Shown here: positions 46,326 through 55,485 of the stretch, piece by piece
Layout of the letters: each line of letters begins with the position of its first letter
Numbering within the stretch: the stretch's first letter is position 1
From: Flectonema sp. DT1601
Lineage: Eukaryota
Assembly: GCA_964019425.1 (NCBI GenBank)
Contig: OZ025805.1
Span: forward strand, 310,001-374,000
DNA: 64,000 bases
Direction: 5' to 3'
Notes under the pieces: generated by a model
Databases searched by the model: none
The model's input: only the letters and a program-made list of their open reading frames with translations
What the model was told of the DNA's origin: nothing
Position numbers and translations under genes: made by a program

Positions 46326-49300
46326 CCGGCGGAGGACGGAAGGAACTGGGCGGAGACACGGAGACGTCTCCTGCTACAAGCTGGCGACGTTGAGAGGAAC
46401 CCCGGACCGAGACCACGAATCGATGGGCTCACCGTGGGAACAATCAATGTCACCACACTGGAAGGAAAAATAGATGCCATCACAGATCTGAACCTAGATC
46501 TGATAGCTCTACAGGAAACTTCTCTGACGGGCCCACAGCAACGCCAGATGAAAAAACAGCTCGGTGAGAGAGGATGGGAAGCGACGTTCGGATTAGAGTG
46601 CAAATTACTAACCGATGGGCAAAAGACGTGGACGGCGGCGGGAGGCGTGGCCATCTTGACGCGCACTGGTACACCGGTGAGAAGGATAAAACATGAACGG
46701 CTCGACAACACGGGACGATTCGTACACGCGGGAGTGTCGTACGGAAATGGCAAGGTACTGCACGTATTCTCGTTCTACGGAGACGTACGTTCGGCGGTCC
46801 ACACGGAAGAGTTGATTGCGGAGATGCTCGTGGAAGCAGCAGCTCTGGGTGATGTTCCCGTATTGATAGCGGGGGACTTCAACGTCGAAACAACGGAATC
46901 GCCGGCGCTTCTGTCGGCTTTCGCACACGGACTCTGGATAGATGCCGCCGTCTCGATGGGAAACATGACACCGACAAGCGAAGCGGGAAAAGGACTTCGT
47001 AGAATCGATGCTATTCTGATGAACCGCGGGGCGGCGACAGCAATCTCGAATGACACAACGATCCATGTGCATAAGAGTGAGCTGATCCCGACACACAAGC
47101 CGGTCATCATTAGAAAGCTCAACATCTCACGCTACAACGAGAAGGCTCCTAGGCTGATAGTACCGAAACAGTTGGATACCTCCGAGACAACGGACCCGCG
47201 TGAGGGGAAGGCCGAAAGGCAACTCCACTGGACGCGAGCAGTAGCGACGGAGGATCCTGACAAGATGCTGGAGGCGCTTGGAGAGATCATCGAAAGATAC
47301 CTTCTGACGGGAAAGCTGGAGGTAAGTAACCCAGCCAAGTACACGGGACGCGGGAAGAAGCGTGAGCCTGTGATGTGGACGAATGCGGCGAAACAAGACG
47401 GGAGGGGAGCGACGTGCAGGGAAACGCGGAGAAGACTGCAGAAGATCCGCGTCCTGGAGGAAGTGACGAAAATCACAAAGCAATACGATGGTCCGACGGT
47501 GCCGTCCCACGAAGTGATGAATCTCTGGAAAAAATTACGGAAACTCGATCCGACGACGGGATCCGAAATACCACAGACGGAGGAGCTTCGGATACTACTT
47601 CAACAAGCGAGACAGGAGCAAGCGATAGAAAGCAAGAAGCTCCGAACCGAACGCATCCGCATGTGGAAACGGAATGTTGTCGATAATTGGAACGACGACC
47701 GCACGAAGGTTTTCCAGTGGATCAGGAACGTCGAGCAATCGAAGACTGTTCTGATGGAGAAGGCAGATGGAAGCTGGACGGCCAACTGCTCCGAGATGGA
47801 TGAGGCCATGCACGCGGCATGGGACCCCATACTCAAAAAGTACTTGTCAGACCCAGAACCAGACTGGATGAAGTTCGAAGAACGATACAGCAACTACATC
47901 GAGGAACACCCGATGCGATGCGAAGATATCACCGGGGGGGACGTTGCAAAAGCCCTCAGAAGGACTAGCTCGCGCAAAGCAGCTGGGGTAGACGGCTTCA
48001 GGATATCGGAGCTCAAGTTGCTACCGGAGGACATGATTCAGATGATAGCGGAATTCTACAACATGGTGGAGAGAACACACTGGCCGGAAGCACTTCTCAC
48101 AGCACTGGTGTCGGCCATACCCAAAGGGGCAGGGACGAAACCACTGGAGCAGAGACCCATTACGGTGACATCCGCACTTTACAGGCTTTGGGGCTGTATA
48201 CGTATGGAAAAGGATGTAATGGAGTGGCAAGAGAAGTGGGCTCACGACGGGCAATACGGCTACCGGAAGGGGAGATCTACGCTCGACCTCAGCTGGAAGA
48301 TAGCACTAGACGTGGAACACGCAACTCTCTACGGAGAAGAGGTTGCAGGAGTGACCACGGACTTCAGGAAGTGTTTCGACCTGATCCCGCACGACATCCT
48401 CCTGAAATTAGTGAAGGAATTGGGCCTAAGTGATAAGATCCTGAGAACTGTGACGGATGTCTACCGGCGACTCAGAAGGAGATTCAAGTTCCCGAGCGGC
48501 GTCGGAGAAGAATTTGCCACCACCAACGGAATACTGCAAGGATGCCCGCTCAGCGTGGTGCTCTTCAATGCGCTGAGCTCGATACTCAGCAAAGCAATCG
48601 AGAGGGAAGCCGATGTGACGCCCGGATCATATGCGGACGACCTGACATTGTTTGGATCACGAACGAAGCTACAAGAAGGCGTAGAAGTCGTTGCGGAGTT
48701 CTGCACCCTGACCGGACAAGAACTCGCACCTCAGAAGTGCAAGTGGTTCTCGAACAGAGACCAGGGCCAGACCAACATCACAATGGGGGACACAACACTA
48801 GACTTCGATGACAGTGTCGATATCGTGGGATGCCACCTCAGTATGAAAGGAACCACCAAGCAGATGGGGAGGATCACAGAAGAAGTGCTCGATAGAGCGA
48901 GGCGAATCCGGTTACTTCCGCTCAGATATCAAGCGAAGGAACAGATAGCTGCAGCTAGTGTCATGCCCAAGGCGCTCTTCGGAACGGCACTGTACGATCC
49001 CGATACGACGCGACTCGGACTGCTGAGAAGAGCAATGGCAACGGGGATTTTCCGCAAACTTGGAGGGAAAAGAACTAAGATGTCGCACACCATGGGCCTA
49101 ACGCTACTCTGCAAGGGACATTGTGTGGATCCCGCGACGTACATTAGGTACAATAGACTCCTTGCACTCACCAGAATGCTACCGAAGCTAACTGAGAGGA
49201 TACGCAGGGTATGGGAACACCTGCAGGAGCACACTGAAGCGACGAGGGGACCAGTCGGCCTCGCCCTGAGTACTCTGAAGGAACTTGGATGGGAATGGTC

Positions 49301-51062
49301 AACTTTCTCGGTCTTCGAAGGTCCGGGAGGGACGACCGAACACGGACGGCTGGATGCGGGGCGCTGGCGGCACGATGTCAGAGAGGCGTGCAGGCGTTTC
49401 ACCTGGAACAAAACAATTGCGGAAACGAGACGGGTAAACCTGAGAGGTATTGAAGCGGGCATCGACCGGAAAGAGACCCTGAAGGTCCTGAAGGAAGGAA
49501 AGGGCGACCCCTACCTGCGCGGAGTAGTGAAGCACTGCCTCCTGGACAACGTGTACACTGGCTCGATGAAGGCGGGAAACAAGAACTGCGCGCACTGCGA
49601 GGAGGTTGACGACGTAGAGAGGACGGAGACCCTCGAGCACGTGAACTGGGATTGCAGAGCTTATGACACAATCCGACAGGAATATCCGCAAGTGATGCTA
49701 CAAGTTCGATGCGATTGGCCCAATTGCCTGAGGCTACTCGGCATCAAGCCCGACAATGTGGAACTGCCGGCGGGGCTCACTGGAGACCTACAACGAATGT
49801 TCGCACGGATCAGGCTCCGCAGGGACGACTATCAACAACTGGAGGAGAGACGGCTGATGGTTGTGGAATACGCTGGGAACAAGGAACCGGAAGTAGTTAT
49901 GCGATACAACAACAAACTGGAAAAGTACATGCCAGTATACACCCAATGGCCCGAAGCCCTTGGATTGACCTTGTACTTGGCGCTTGCGAGCTACCTGAGG
50001 GAACTGAAGTGGCCTCGACAGCCAGACGGAGTCGGAGTCACCTTCCTGGAATTAGCGATCGACTTCGAAGCGTATGCGGGGGTTGACATACCGACCACAG
50101 TCCACGAAGGCCACGTAGCGAAGTGCACCAAAGACAGAGCCGCCGGGAAGAAAGCTGACGTCATGTGTGGACTGATGCTAAGATTGAACTTGGTTCACAA
50201 GCATTTAGAAGGCGAGGAACAAAGAACCTTTCCCGACTACTGCGTAGGAAGCAACAAAGCCTTACGTCCACTAGGAGCCCCAGTACTGAAAGGTTTGAAG
50301 AAACGACCAGCTTTTCTGATGGGAGACGAAACAGTAGACACAATTCGGAGGACGGTCCAGGAGGCGAACGACGGAAAAGCTGACAAAATCAGATTCGGCT
50401 TCGAGACTGAGTGCAGGCACTCGAACGAGAGGGAAGGGAGAGCGGAGGAATGGATAACCGCGGCACGACTTTTCCCATCAAAGGAAAAAGACGTACAGCT
50501 GAGGAGGGAGCTCTGCGAGCGAGGACCGACACGCCCGCCACCCGAGGTCGTCAAGAGACCGGGCATCGCGGAGGGACAAGGAACGATGAACTCGACGTGC
50601 TACGGACACTTCAAGAAGAAATGCAATAGTTGTCGACGGGCCGGAAACACCATCTACCAGTGCTGCCACAACCATCACACTCTGGGGGATGAAGATGGAC
50701 AAATACCGATATGGGACTTTTGCAGCAAGCACAAGCTTACTCCATGTGCAGTCTGCATAGTGATCGGCAGAGGGTCTGAGCAATGTTGCAGAAACAGCCA
50801 CCACCGATGCTGTCACCACGAGATGGCTCCCTGCAACGACTGCAAGCGGAATCCGGATCCGGAACAACGGACTGCCACGAAATGCTGCAACAAAAAGCAT
50901 CACGGGCCAATTATAAGGACGTTGACGAGGAGGGCGAAGCAGCCGACGAAGCATGATATGCAAACCAGCACATCGCTTCTAAAAGTAGGTTTCACCAAAC
51001 AAATGAAACCGAAAGCAGAGGAAACCCCGGAAAGGGAACCACAGGACAGGGGGTTAACTTAG
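46326..51062 (+). CDS. Retrotransposon ORF2: 2A-like peptide, APE endonuclease, reverse transcriptase, CCHC finger and C-terminal Cys/His repeats
   Basis: Open from the codon after the ORF1 stop. APE motifs: GTINV, ALQET, GGVAIL, GDFN, RIDAIL, PTH. RT motifs: RPITV, QYGYR, DFRKCFD, QGCPLS, YADD. Zinc finger: CAHC..ETLEHVNWDC. Confidence 0.95.
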   Translation, partial: PAEDGRNWAETRRRLLLQAGDVERNPGPRPRIDGLTVGTINVTTLEGKIDAITDLNLDLIALQETSLTGPQQRQMKKQLGERGWEATFGLECKLLTDGQKTWTAAGGVAILTRTGTPVRRIKHERLDNTGRFVHAGVSYGNGKVLHVFSFYGDVRSAVHTEELIAEMLVEAAALGDVPVLIAGDFNVETTESPALLSAFAHGLWIDAAVSMGNMTPTSEAGKGLRRIDAILMNRGAATAISNDTTIHVHKSELIPTHKPVIIRKLNISRYNEKAPRLIVPKQLDTSETTDPREGKAERQLHWTRAVATEDPDKMLEALGEIIERYLLTGKLEVSNPAKYTGRGKKREPVMWTNAAKQDGRGATCRETRRRLQKIRVLEEVTKITKQYDGPTVPSHEVMNLWKKLRKLDPTTGSEIPQTEELRILLQQARQEQAIESKKLRTERIRMWKRNVVDNWNDDRTKVFQWIRNVEQSKTVLMEKADGSWTANCSEMDEAMHAAWDPILKKYLSDPEPDWMKFEERYSNYIEEHPMRCEDITGGDVAKALRRTSSRKAAGVDGFRISELKLLPEDMIQMIAEFYNMVERTHWPEALLTALVSAIPKGAGTKPLEQRPITVTSALYRLWGCIRMEKDVMEWQEKWAHDGQYGYRKGRSTLDLSWKIALDVEHATLYGEEVAGVTTDFRKCFDLIPHDILLKLVKELGLSDKILRTVTDVYRRLRRRFKFPSGVGEEFATTNGILQGCPLSVVLFNALSSILSKAIEREADVTPGSYADDLTLFGSRTKLQEGVEVVAEFCTLTGQELAPQKCKWFSNRDQGQTNITMGDTTLDFDDSVDIVGCHLSMKGTTKQMGRITEEVLDRARRIRLLPLRYQAKEQIAAASVMPKALFGTALYDPDTTRLGLLRRAMATGIFRKLGGKRTKMSHTMGLTLLCKGHCVDPATYIRYNRLLALTRMLPKLTERIRRVWEHLQEHTEATRGPVGLALSTLKELGWEWSTFSVFEGPGGTTEHGRLDAGRWRHDVREACRRFTWNKTIAETRRVNLRGIEAGIDRKETLKVLKEGKGDPYLRGVVKHCLLDNVYTGSMKAGNKNCAHCEEVDDVERTETLEHVNWDCRAYDTIRQEYPQVMLQVRCDWPNCLRLLGIKPDNVELPAGLTGDLQRMFARIRLRRDDYQQLEERRLMVVEYAGNKEPEVVMRYNNKLEKYMPVYTQWPEALGLTLYLALASYLRELKWPRQPDGVGVTFLELAIDFEAYAGVDIPTTVHEGHVAKCTKDRAAGKKADVMCGLMLRLNLVHKHLEGEEQRTFPDYCVGSNKALRPLGAPVLKGLKKRPAFLMGDETVDTIRRTVQEANDGKADKIRFGFETECRHSNEREGRAEEWITAARLFPSKEKDVQLRRELCERGPTRPPPEVVKRPGIAEGQGTMNSTCYGHFKKKCNSCRRAGNTIYQCCHNHHTLGDEDGQIPIWDFCSKHKLTPCAVCIVIGRGSEQCCRNSHHRCCHHEMAPCNDCKRNPDPEQRTATKCCNKKHHGPIIRTLTRRAKQPTKHDMQTSTSLLKVGFTKQMKPKAEETPEREPQDRGLT
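46368..46409 (+). other. 2A/StopGo ribosome-skipping motif LLLQAGDVERNPG|P
   Basis: Manual translation of 46326-46433 in the ORF1/ORF2 frame gives PAEDGRNWAETRRRLLLQAGDVERNPGPRPRIDGLT, which matches D(V/I)ExNPGP. Confidence 0.9.
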
Positions 51063-51453
51063 GTTGGCCGAACCAGTGCCTCGTCATCTCACCGTGCTAG
51101 CAAGCCTGAATGACAGCACTCAAAATGGTACATATATTCCTGTTCACAAATCACTTCTCTTGACCTTTCAGGTCTTCATAGTGTCACCACAATAGGAATT
51201 CAATTCTTGTCCTGTTTACTAATAACTTCTCTTGACCTTTCAGGCCTTAGTAGTGTCACTACTATTGGAAGTGCATTCTTGTCTTACTGTTCACAAATCA
51301 CTTCTGTAAACTTTTCAGGTCTTAGTAGTGTCACCACTATTGGTGATTATTTCTTGTCTTTCTGTTCACAAATCACTTCTCTTGACTTATCATATCTTTG
51401 TAGTGTCACTACAATTAGTTATTGTTTCTTGAATTCCTGTTCACAAATTACTT

Positions 51454-51526
51454 GGGGAACGAAACTCGGACAGCGCGCCTCCTCGTGGTGTTGCCTGGAT
51501 GCACCTTGTGTGTAACTAGAGTGCTG
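51454..51526 (+). ncRNA. HDV-like ribozyme at the 5' end of SINE-like copy 1 (one P1 mismatch)
   Basis: P1 GGGGAAC/GUUGCCU, P2 CAGCGC/GUGCUG, P3 GCC/GGU, L3 UCCUCGU, P1.1 GG, P4 UGCAC/GUGUA, J4/2 ACUAGA (C51516). Confidence 0.78.
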
Positions 51527-52151
51527 ACGTATTGTTGTTGTTGCTGTGTATTCTTTTACCCCCGTTTTATTTTCCGGTAGCCTAACCTTTAAAAAAAAAA
51601 AAGGACAACATAGCAGAAGGTCAGGTGATCCGGCCCGGGATACTCAGGCACCCAGAGCTCACAGGGGCCACCGGGTTTTTATTTTTTCCTTAGTGGCATG
51701 ATTTCCCTTTACCCCCATTTCCTTCAAACTTCCCCCGTTTAGTCTTTTCACGCATGGGGGGATTATAAGTTCAGGTCGCCTGAAATGTATTAACAGTATC
51801 AGCCCCGCGAGTTACTCGGGGAGCTCCCATGCAATGTGTGGAGAAAGAGGCCATCCCTCCCCCTACCTCTCTGCTTTACTACGTCGTTTTTTGTGTGTGG
51901 CATTTCTTTTCTTATATTCTTTTCTTTTCAATCTTGTTCCTTCACACGCGGTTGTTCGAGCGGTTGTGAACCACCTTGGGTCTCTTACGGTCTCCAAGCT
52001 ACTGTTGTGCGAAGAAACAAATCTGTTGGTGCGGTGGCCTTCCGACGCCACCTGGACCGCAACTCGTTCACAGTGCCCTACCCGGTTCTCCACCGGACCG
52101 CCTGAGCGACGGGATCCATGGGATTCAAACCCCTAAACACTGGTTAATTTT
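51454..52151 (+). mobile_element. Non-autonomous SINE-like retroelement, copy 1 (698 bp), with 20-bp TSD
   Basis: Interrupts an LRR repeat. TTCCTGTTCACAAATTACTT is duplicated at 51434-51453 and 52152-52171. Nearly identical to 59977-60671. Confidence 0.93.
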
Positions 52152-52630
52152 TTCCTGTTCACAAATTACTTCTCTTGACCTTTCAGGTCCTAGTAGTATC
52201 ACCACTATTGGTGATTGCTTTCTCGATGAATGTGACTCTCTTGAATCTGTCCAGCTTCCTGAAAGTAATAGCGCTCTCTTTGAGGAGTCTGTGAAAGCAG
52301 CGATTGATCATTCTGGATAAAGTGGTGAATTGATTCTTAATTTTTTTTTGTTATTTTTATTTTTATCCACTGGGAAGTGAAACGAAGAAAATATTAAACT
52401 TTTGTGAACTTGCGAAACTGAAATCAATTTCTGTAGCTGATTAGAAATATTTTTTCGAAAAAGGAAAACTCGCACATCCTTCCCGAGTGAAAATCCTGTC
52501 AAAATGATCAAAAGGTAATCGGTGATCTGTTTTTCCCTTTTGAGTGTAATATATCGTTTCTTTCCTTTAGTGTAATTGTCTCATTTTATTTTATTGGTAT
52601 CATTTCTCTTTCTTATCATTACTTTATTTA

Positions 52631-53054
52631 TTTAATGCCATAAACGAATTATTTCTGTGCACATTTCATCACTCGCGGAGTAGAAAGTTTCCGATAATTA
52701 CATTCCGCACACAAGGCCGATGGCTGGCAAATCGAAATTATCACAAAAGTGTGAAGTTAAGACCAAATCTAATACAGCAGTAAAATTATAATTTTCTGTT
52801 TTTAGTTTGAAATGGCTGTGGCGATGTAGTTATTGACCTGTAATAATCCGGGTGATTTTGACATAATGGCAATCATGTTGGGGGTGATTTTAAGTGTTCC
52901 GGGAGGATAATTTAATGGATGTGGATAATGGGCATCAGTAAGAGTGTGATTATGACCTCAGTGCCATTATGAGGGCAATAGTGAAATGGAAGAAATCAGC
53001 AGCGGTTCTCGTGATGAAATGTGCACAGTCCTAATTCTAATTTATGGCATTAAA
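52631..53054. mobile_element. MITE-like element with about 45-bp imperfect terminal inverted repeats, flanked by TA
   Basis: Left end TTTAATGCCATAAA..CTGTGCACATTTCATCAC is the reverse complement of the right end GTGATGAAATGTGCACAG..TTTATGGCATTAAA. It is absent from the paralogous flank near 57321-57345. Confidence 0.75.
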
Positions 53055-53059
53055 TATAA

Positions 53060-53220
53060 AATTGGGCGGTAAGTTGACATAATGTCTAACTCTCAACACA
53101 TAATTATCTTCTCGTGGTGATGCTGACCCCTCGCGCTTTTCGCGCTCGGCGCCGGAATCCCCACTCGACGATAATTAAACTGTTTCGAGTTGAATTATGT
53201 CAACTTCAGCATCCCCAATT
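53060..53220. mobile_element. Short fold-back (MITE-like) element
   Basis: Arms AATTGGG..AAGTTGACATAAT..TAATTATC..GTGG and CCAC..GATAATTA..ATTATGTCAACTT..CCCAATT are complementary. Confidence 0.65.
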
Positions 53221-55485
53221 AATAGAAGAGTGCTCCACTAGTAGTGCGCTACGAACTAGTAACAACAAGAAGAATGTTTTTTTTTATATATAAACATTAT
53301 AACAAAGTAACTACATCCTAGTCTTGCTAACTAAGATGCTTCAGTCACAACAGATGATTGACTTACTTCTACACCATACTGATGATGAGAGAATAGAGGT
53401 AAGAGGTATATGGATTACTCTCGAAACCTAATAGTTACTTTAAAAGGCTAAGTTAAGCATCACACCTAGTCACTGTATCTCAGAACTAATGTTGAATTAT
53501 CGTTATGTTGTTTATGATACAATACATTTGTATTTTATGTACAAAATCAAACAGTTAACCCCCCCAATTAATACACATATTTTCTGATCGAATGTGGCTC
53601 CGATGGACATTAAGAAATCAGTTCTTTTGAAATAGACCAATTGATGGATCCGATTTATTAATTAACTGGAATGAAGTCCCTTAGAACTTACTGATGAAGG
53701 CCTAAGAGGGACAAGTAGTATGAGATTAAGGCTCCTGAAAACTACGTATTCCACAAGTGTATTATGGAACAGCAGAACAATTGTGTTTTTATAATTTTTC
53801 TCTTTTTTTTTCATCGAAGACATGTTTTACGAGCGAAAGAGAGTTGTGGCAGCGTAACGTTAACACCCTTACTTTATAGGCTTGTTTCCGGTTGCGCACA
53901 AACAAAAACAAAGTGTGAGAATTACTTAGTGAGGTGCCGATTCTTTTTTATACTTTAATTTTTATGCACTTTTTTATAAGAAACTCATATTTTAACTATT
54001 GATTTTAATGAAAAATCAGAGCCTGATTTTGCATCTAAAACACCGTCATTTTATTTTACGATGGGAGGCTTCGAAGGGAAAATTTACACCCCGGCGGTCT
54101 ACGGGCTCTTCTGCTCCACAGGCAAGGGTCGCTCTAATTTCTTGCCCCGATAATGAGTCCCTGGTAAAGAATTGTTTGCCCACATTCAACTGATATTGGT
54201 TATGGTAGTCCTGTGGACCAGGGGAGGTAAGATCTTGACGGTATTACAAGACGGTGTACAAACATTTGCGTTGCTGTATGAGCAACTCAAGTAGGTTAAT
54301 AAGTACTCCACCTTCGGGGGCCGCCTTCCTGGTCTCCTTCAGACGTGTGGTAGTTGCAAAAACGTCTTCGCTCTTGTGAGAAATCTGTGTCCTTTCAAAA
54401 AAATGAAAGAAAAACCCTGTCGGAAATCTCTCAAAAAAAAAAAAAAAAAGTGCTCTGAACATCAACCCGGGGATTTGATTTCTGGCGGATGCAATTTTTG
54501 GGATTCAAGTGGAAAACTTTGGGGGGAAAAAAAAAGCATCTCCAAAAAAGAAAAATGCCTGAGCGTGAAGTCAAAAATGAGTCTCCTGCCAGGCATGATA
54601 ATGTTACATTATTTCACACTCGCAACGTAACCAAAATAAGTGTAAAATTCGTTAAAAAAAACTTCACACTCAGCCCGGAGTGAAATACTGTACTTTCCGA
54701 TTTTCACTGCAAGTGTAAATTTTCCCTAAGAAGCTAGATAGAGCAAAATAAAAAAAATAATAAAGAATGCGGAAAAAAAAAAAAGAGAGAACTAAATAGT
54801 CAGTCACTCACCATCTTTTCTTTTCAACACACGCGAGAGTTAATATTTGAAAAAGTAAAAGTCAAAAAAATGCTCCACAAGGCCGTGACCGTGGTATACG
54901 TTTCTCCAAACTTTTGGTTGGAATTGTAAGTTTTCCCTTAATAAAAAGTTCATTGTGACGATAACAACCCCATTTTTATTCTCCTTTTTTAATACTTTCT
55001 TAATATTTTATTGCATGGCATTCACTCCAGATCGAAGTTATTATTATTTTTAAAACAGCGACGCGGATGTAAATTATTTGAGACAGAGGCTATCTGGAGT
55101 TCTACATTTTATATTTTACTCTAACTTCTGACTTCTTAAGGAAAATAAATACATGAAGTAGAAATGTAAGGAAGTACAGTATTGATGTATGTGTTTGAAC
55201 TGTTCAATAATCAGAAAGACTCACAAGCAGCGATTCGTACTTCTGTTTTTCCTTTGAAATCAATGAATAATGTAAACCTTGTGCTGAATGAGTCACATCC
55301 TTGTAGTGTTCACTTTCATTCATTCAGGTCACTGAAACAGATGAATCCTTTAGTAAAACAGTATTCATACCCCTTTGAGGGAATGTAATTACATGTCGCA
55401 TCCTCGTAGTATTCGATACCCAGATGTCACTTGTACGAGTTCTTTCTAACAGAACCTTTCCCACCTCACAGCAAATTATTTAAAA

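Larger units (their letters stand above)
43393..51136 (+). mobile_element. Full-length APE-type non-LTR retrotransposon (about 7.74 kb) inserted in an LRR repeat
   Basis: Abrupt rise in GC content, with LRR coding sequence on both flanks, two long ORFs and APE plus RT domains. Flanking 20-mers 43373-43392 and 51137-51156 match at 15/20. No poly(A) tail. Confidence 0.95.
42906..52320 (+). pseudogene. UBL-LRR copy 5 (about 6 repeats), interrupted by the LINE (43393-51136) and a SINE-like element (51454-52151)
   Basis: ATG at 42906 opens the UBL domain and the first LRR up to 43391. LRR sequence resumes at 51137-51453 and again at 52152-52320, ending in the family C-terminus ..KAAIDHSG*. Confidence 0.88.

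Noticed and set aside
46434..46436. GTG start for ORF2 as given in the ORF track
   Set aside because: The frame is open back to the ORF1 stop and includes a 2A motif, so the GTG is probably just a Val codon in the first APE strand.
44987..50963. Antisense and alternate-frame ORFs inside the LINE (e.g. 44987-46117, 376 aa)
   Set aside because: Shadow ORFs expected in GC-rich, strand-biased coding DNA; no recognisable motifs.
31985..51062. Classical diversity-generating retroelement (RT next to variable repeats)
   Set aside because: The RT is a non-LTR APE-RT, and I find no invariant template repeat differing from a variable repeat only at adenines.
52119..52134. GGGATTCAAACCC resembling a tRNA T-arm/B-box, suggesting a tRNA-derived SINE
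   Set aside because: No cloverleaf or A-box could be built, and it lies at the 3' end rather than the head, which is a ribozyme.
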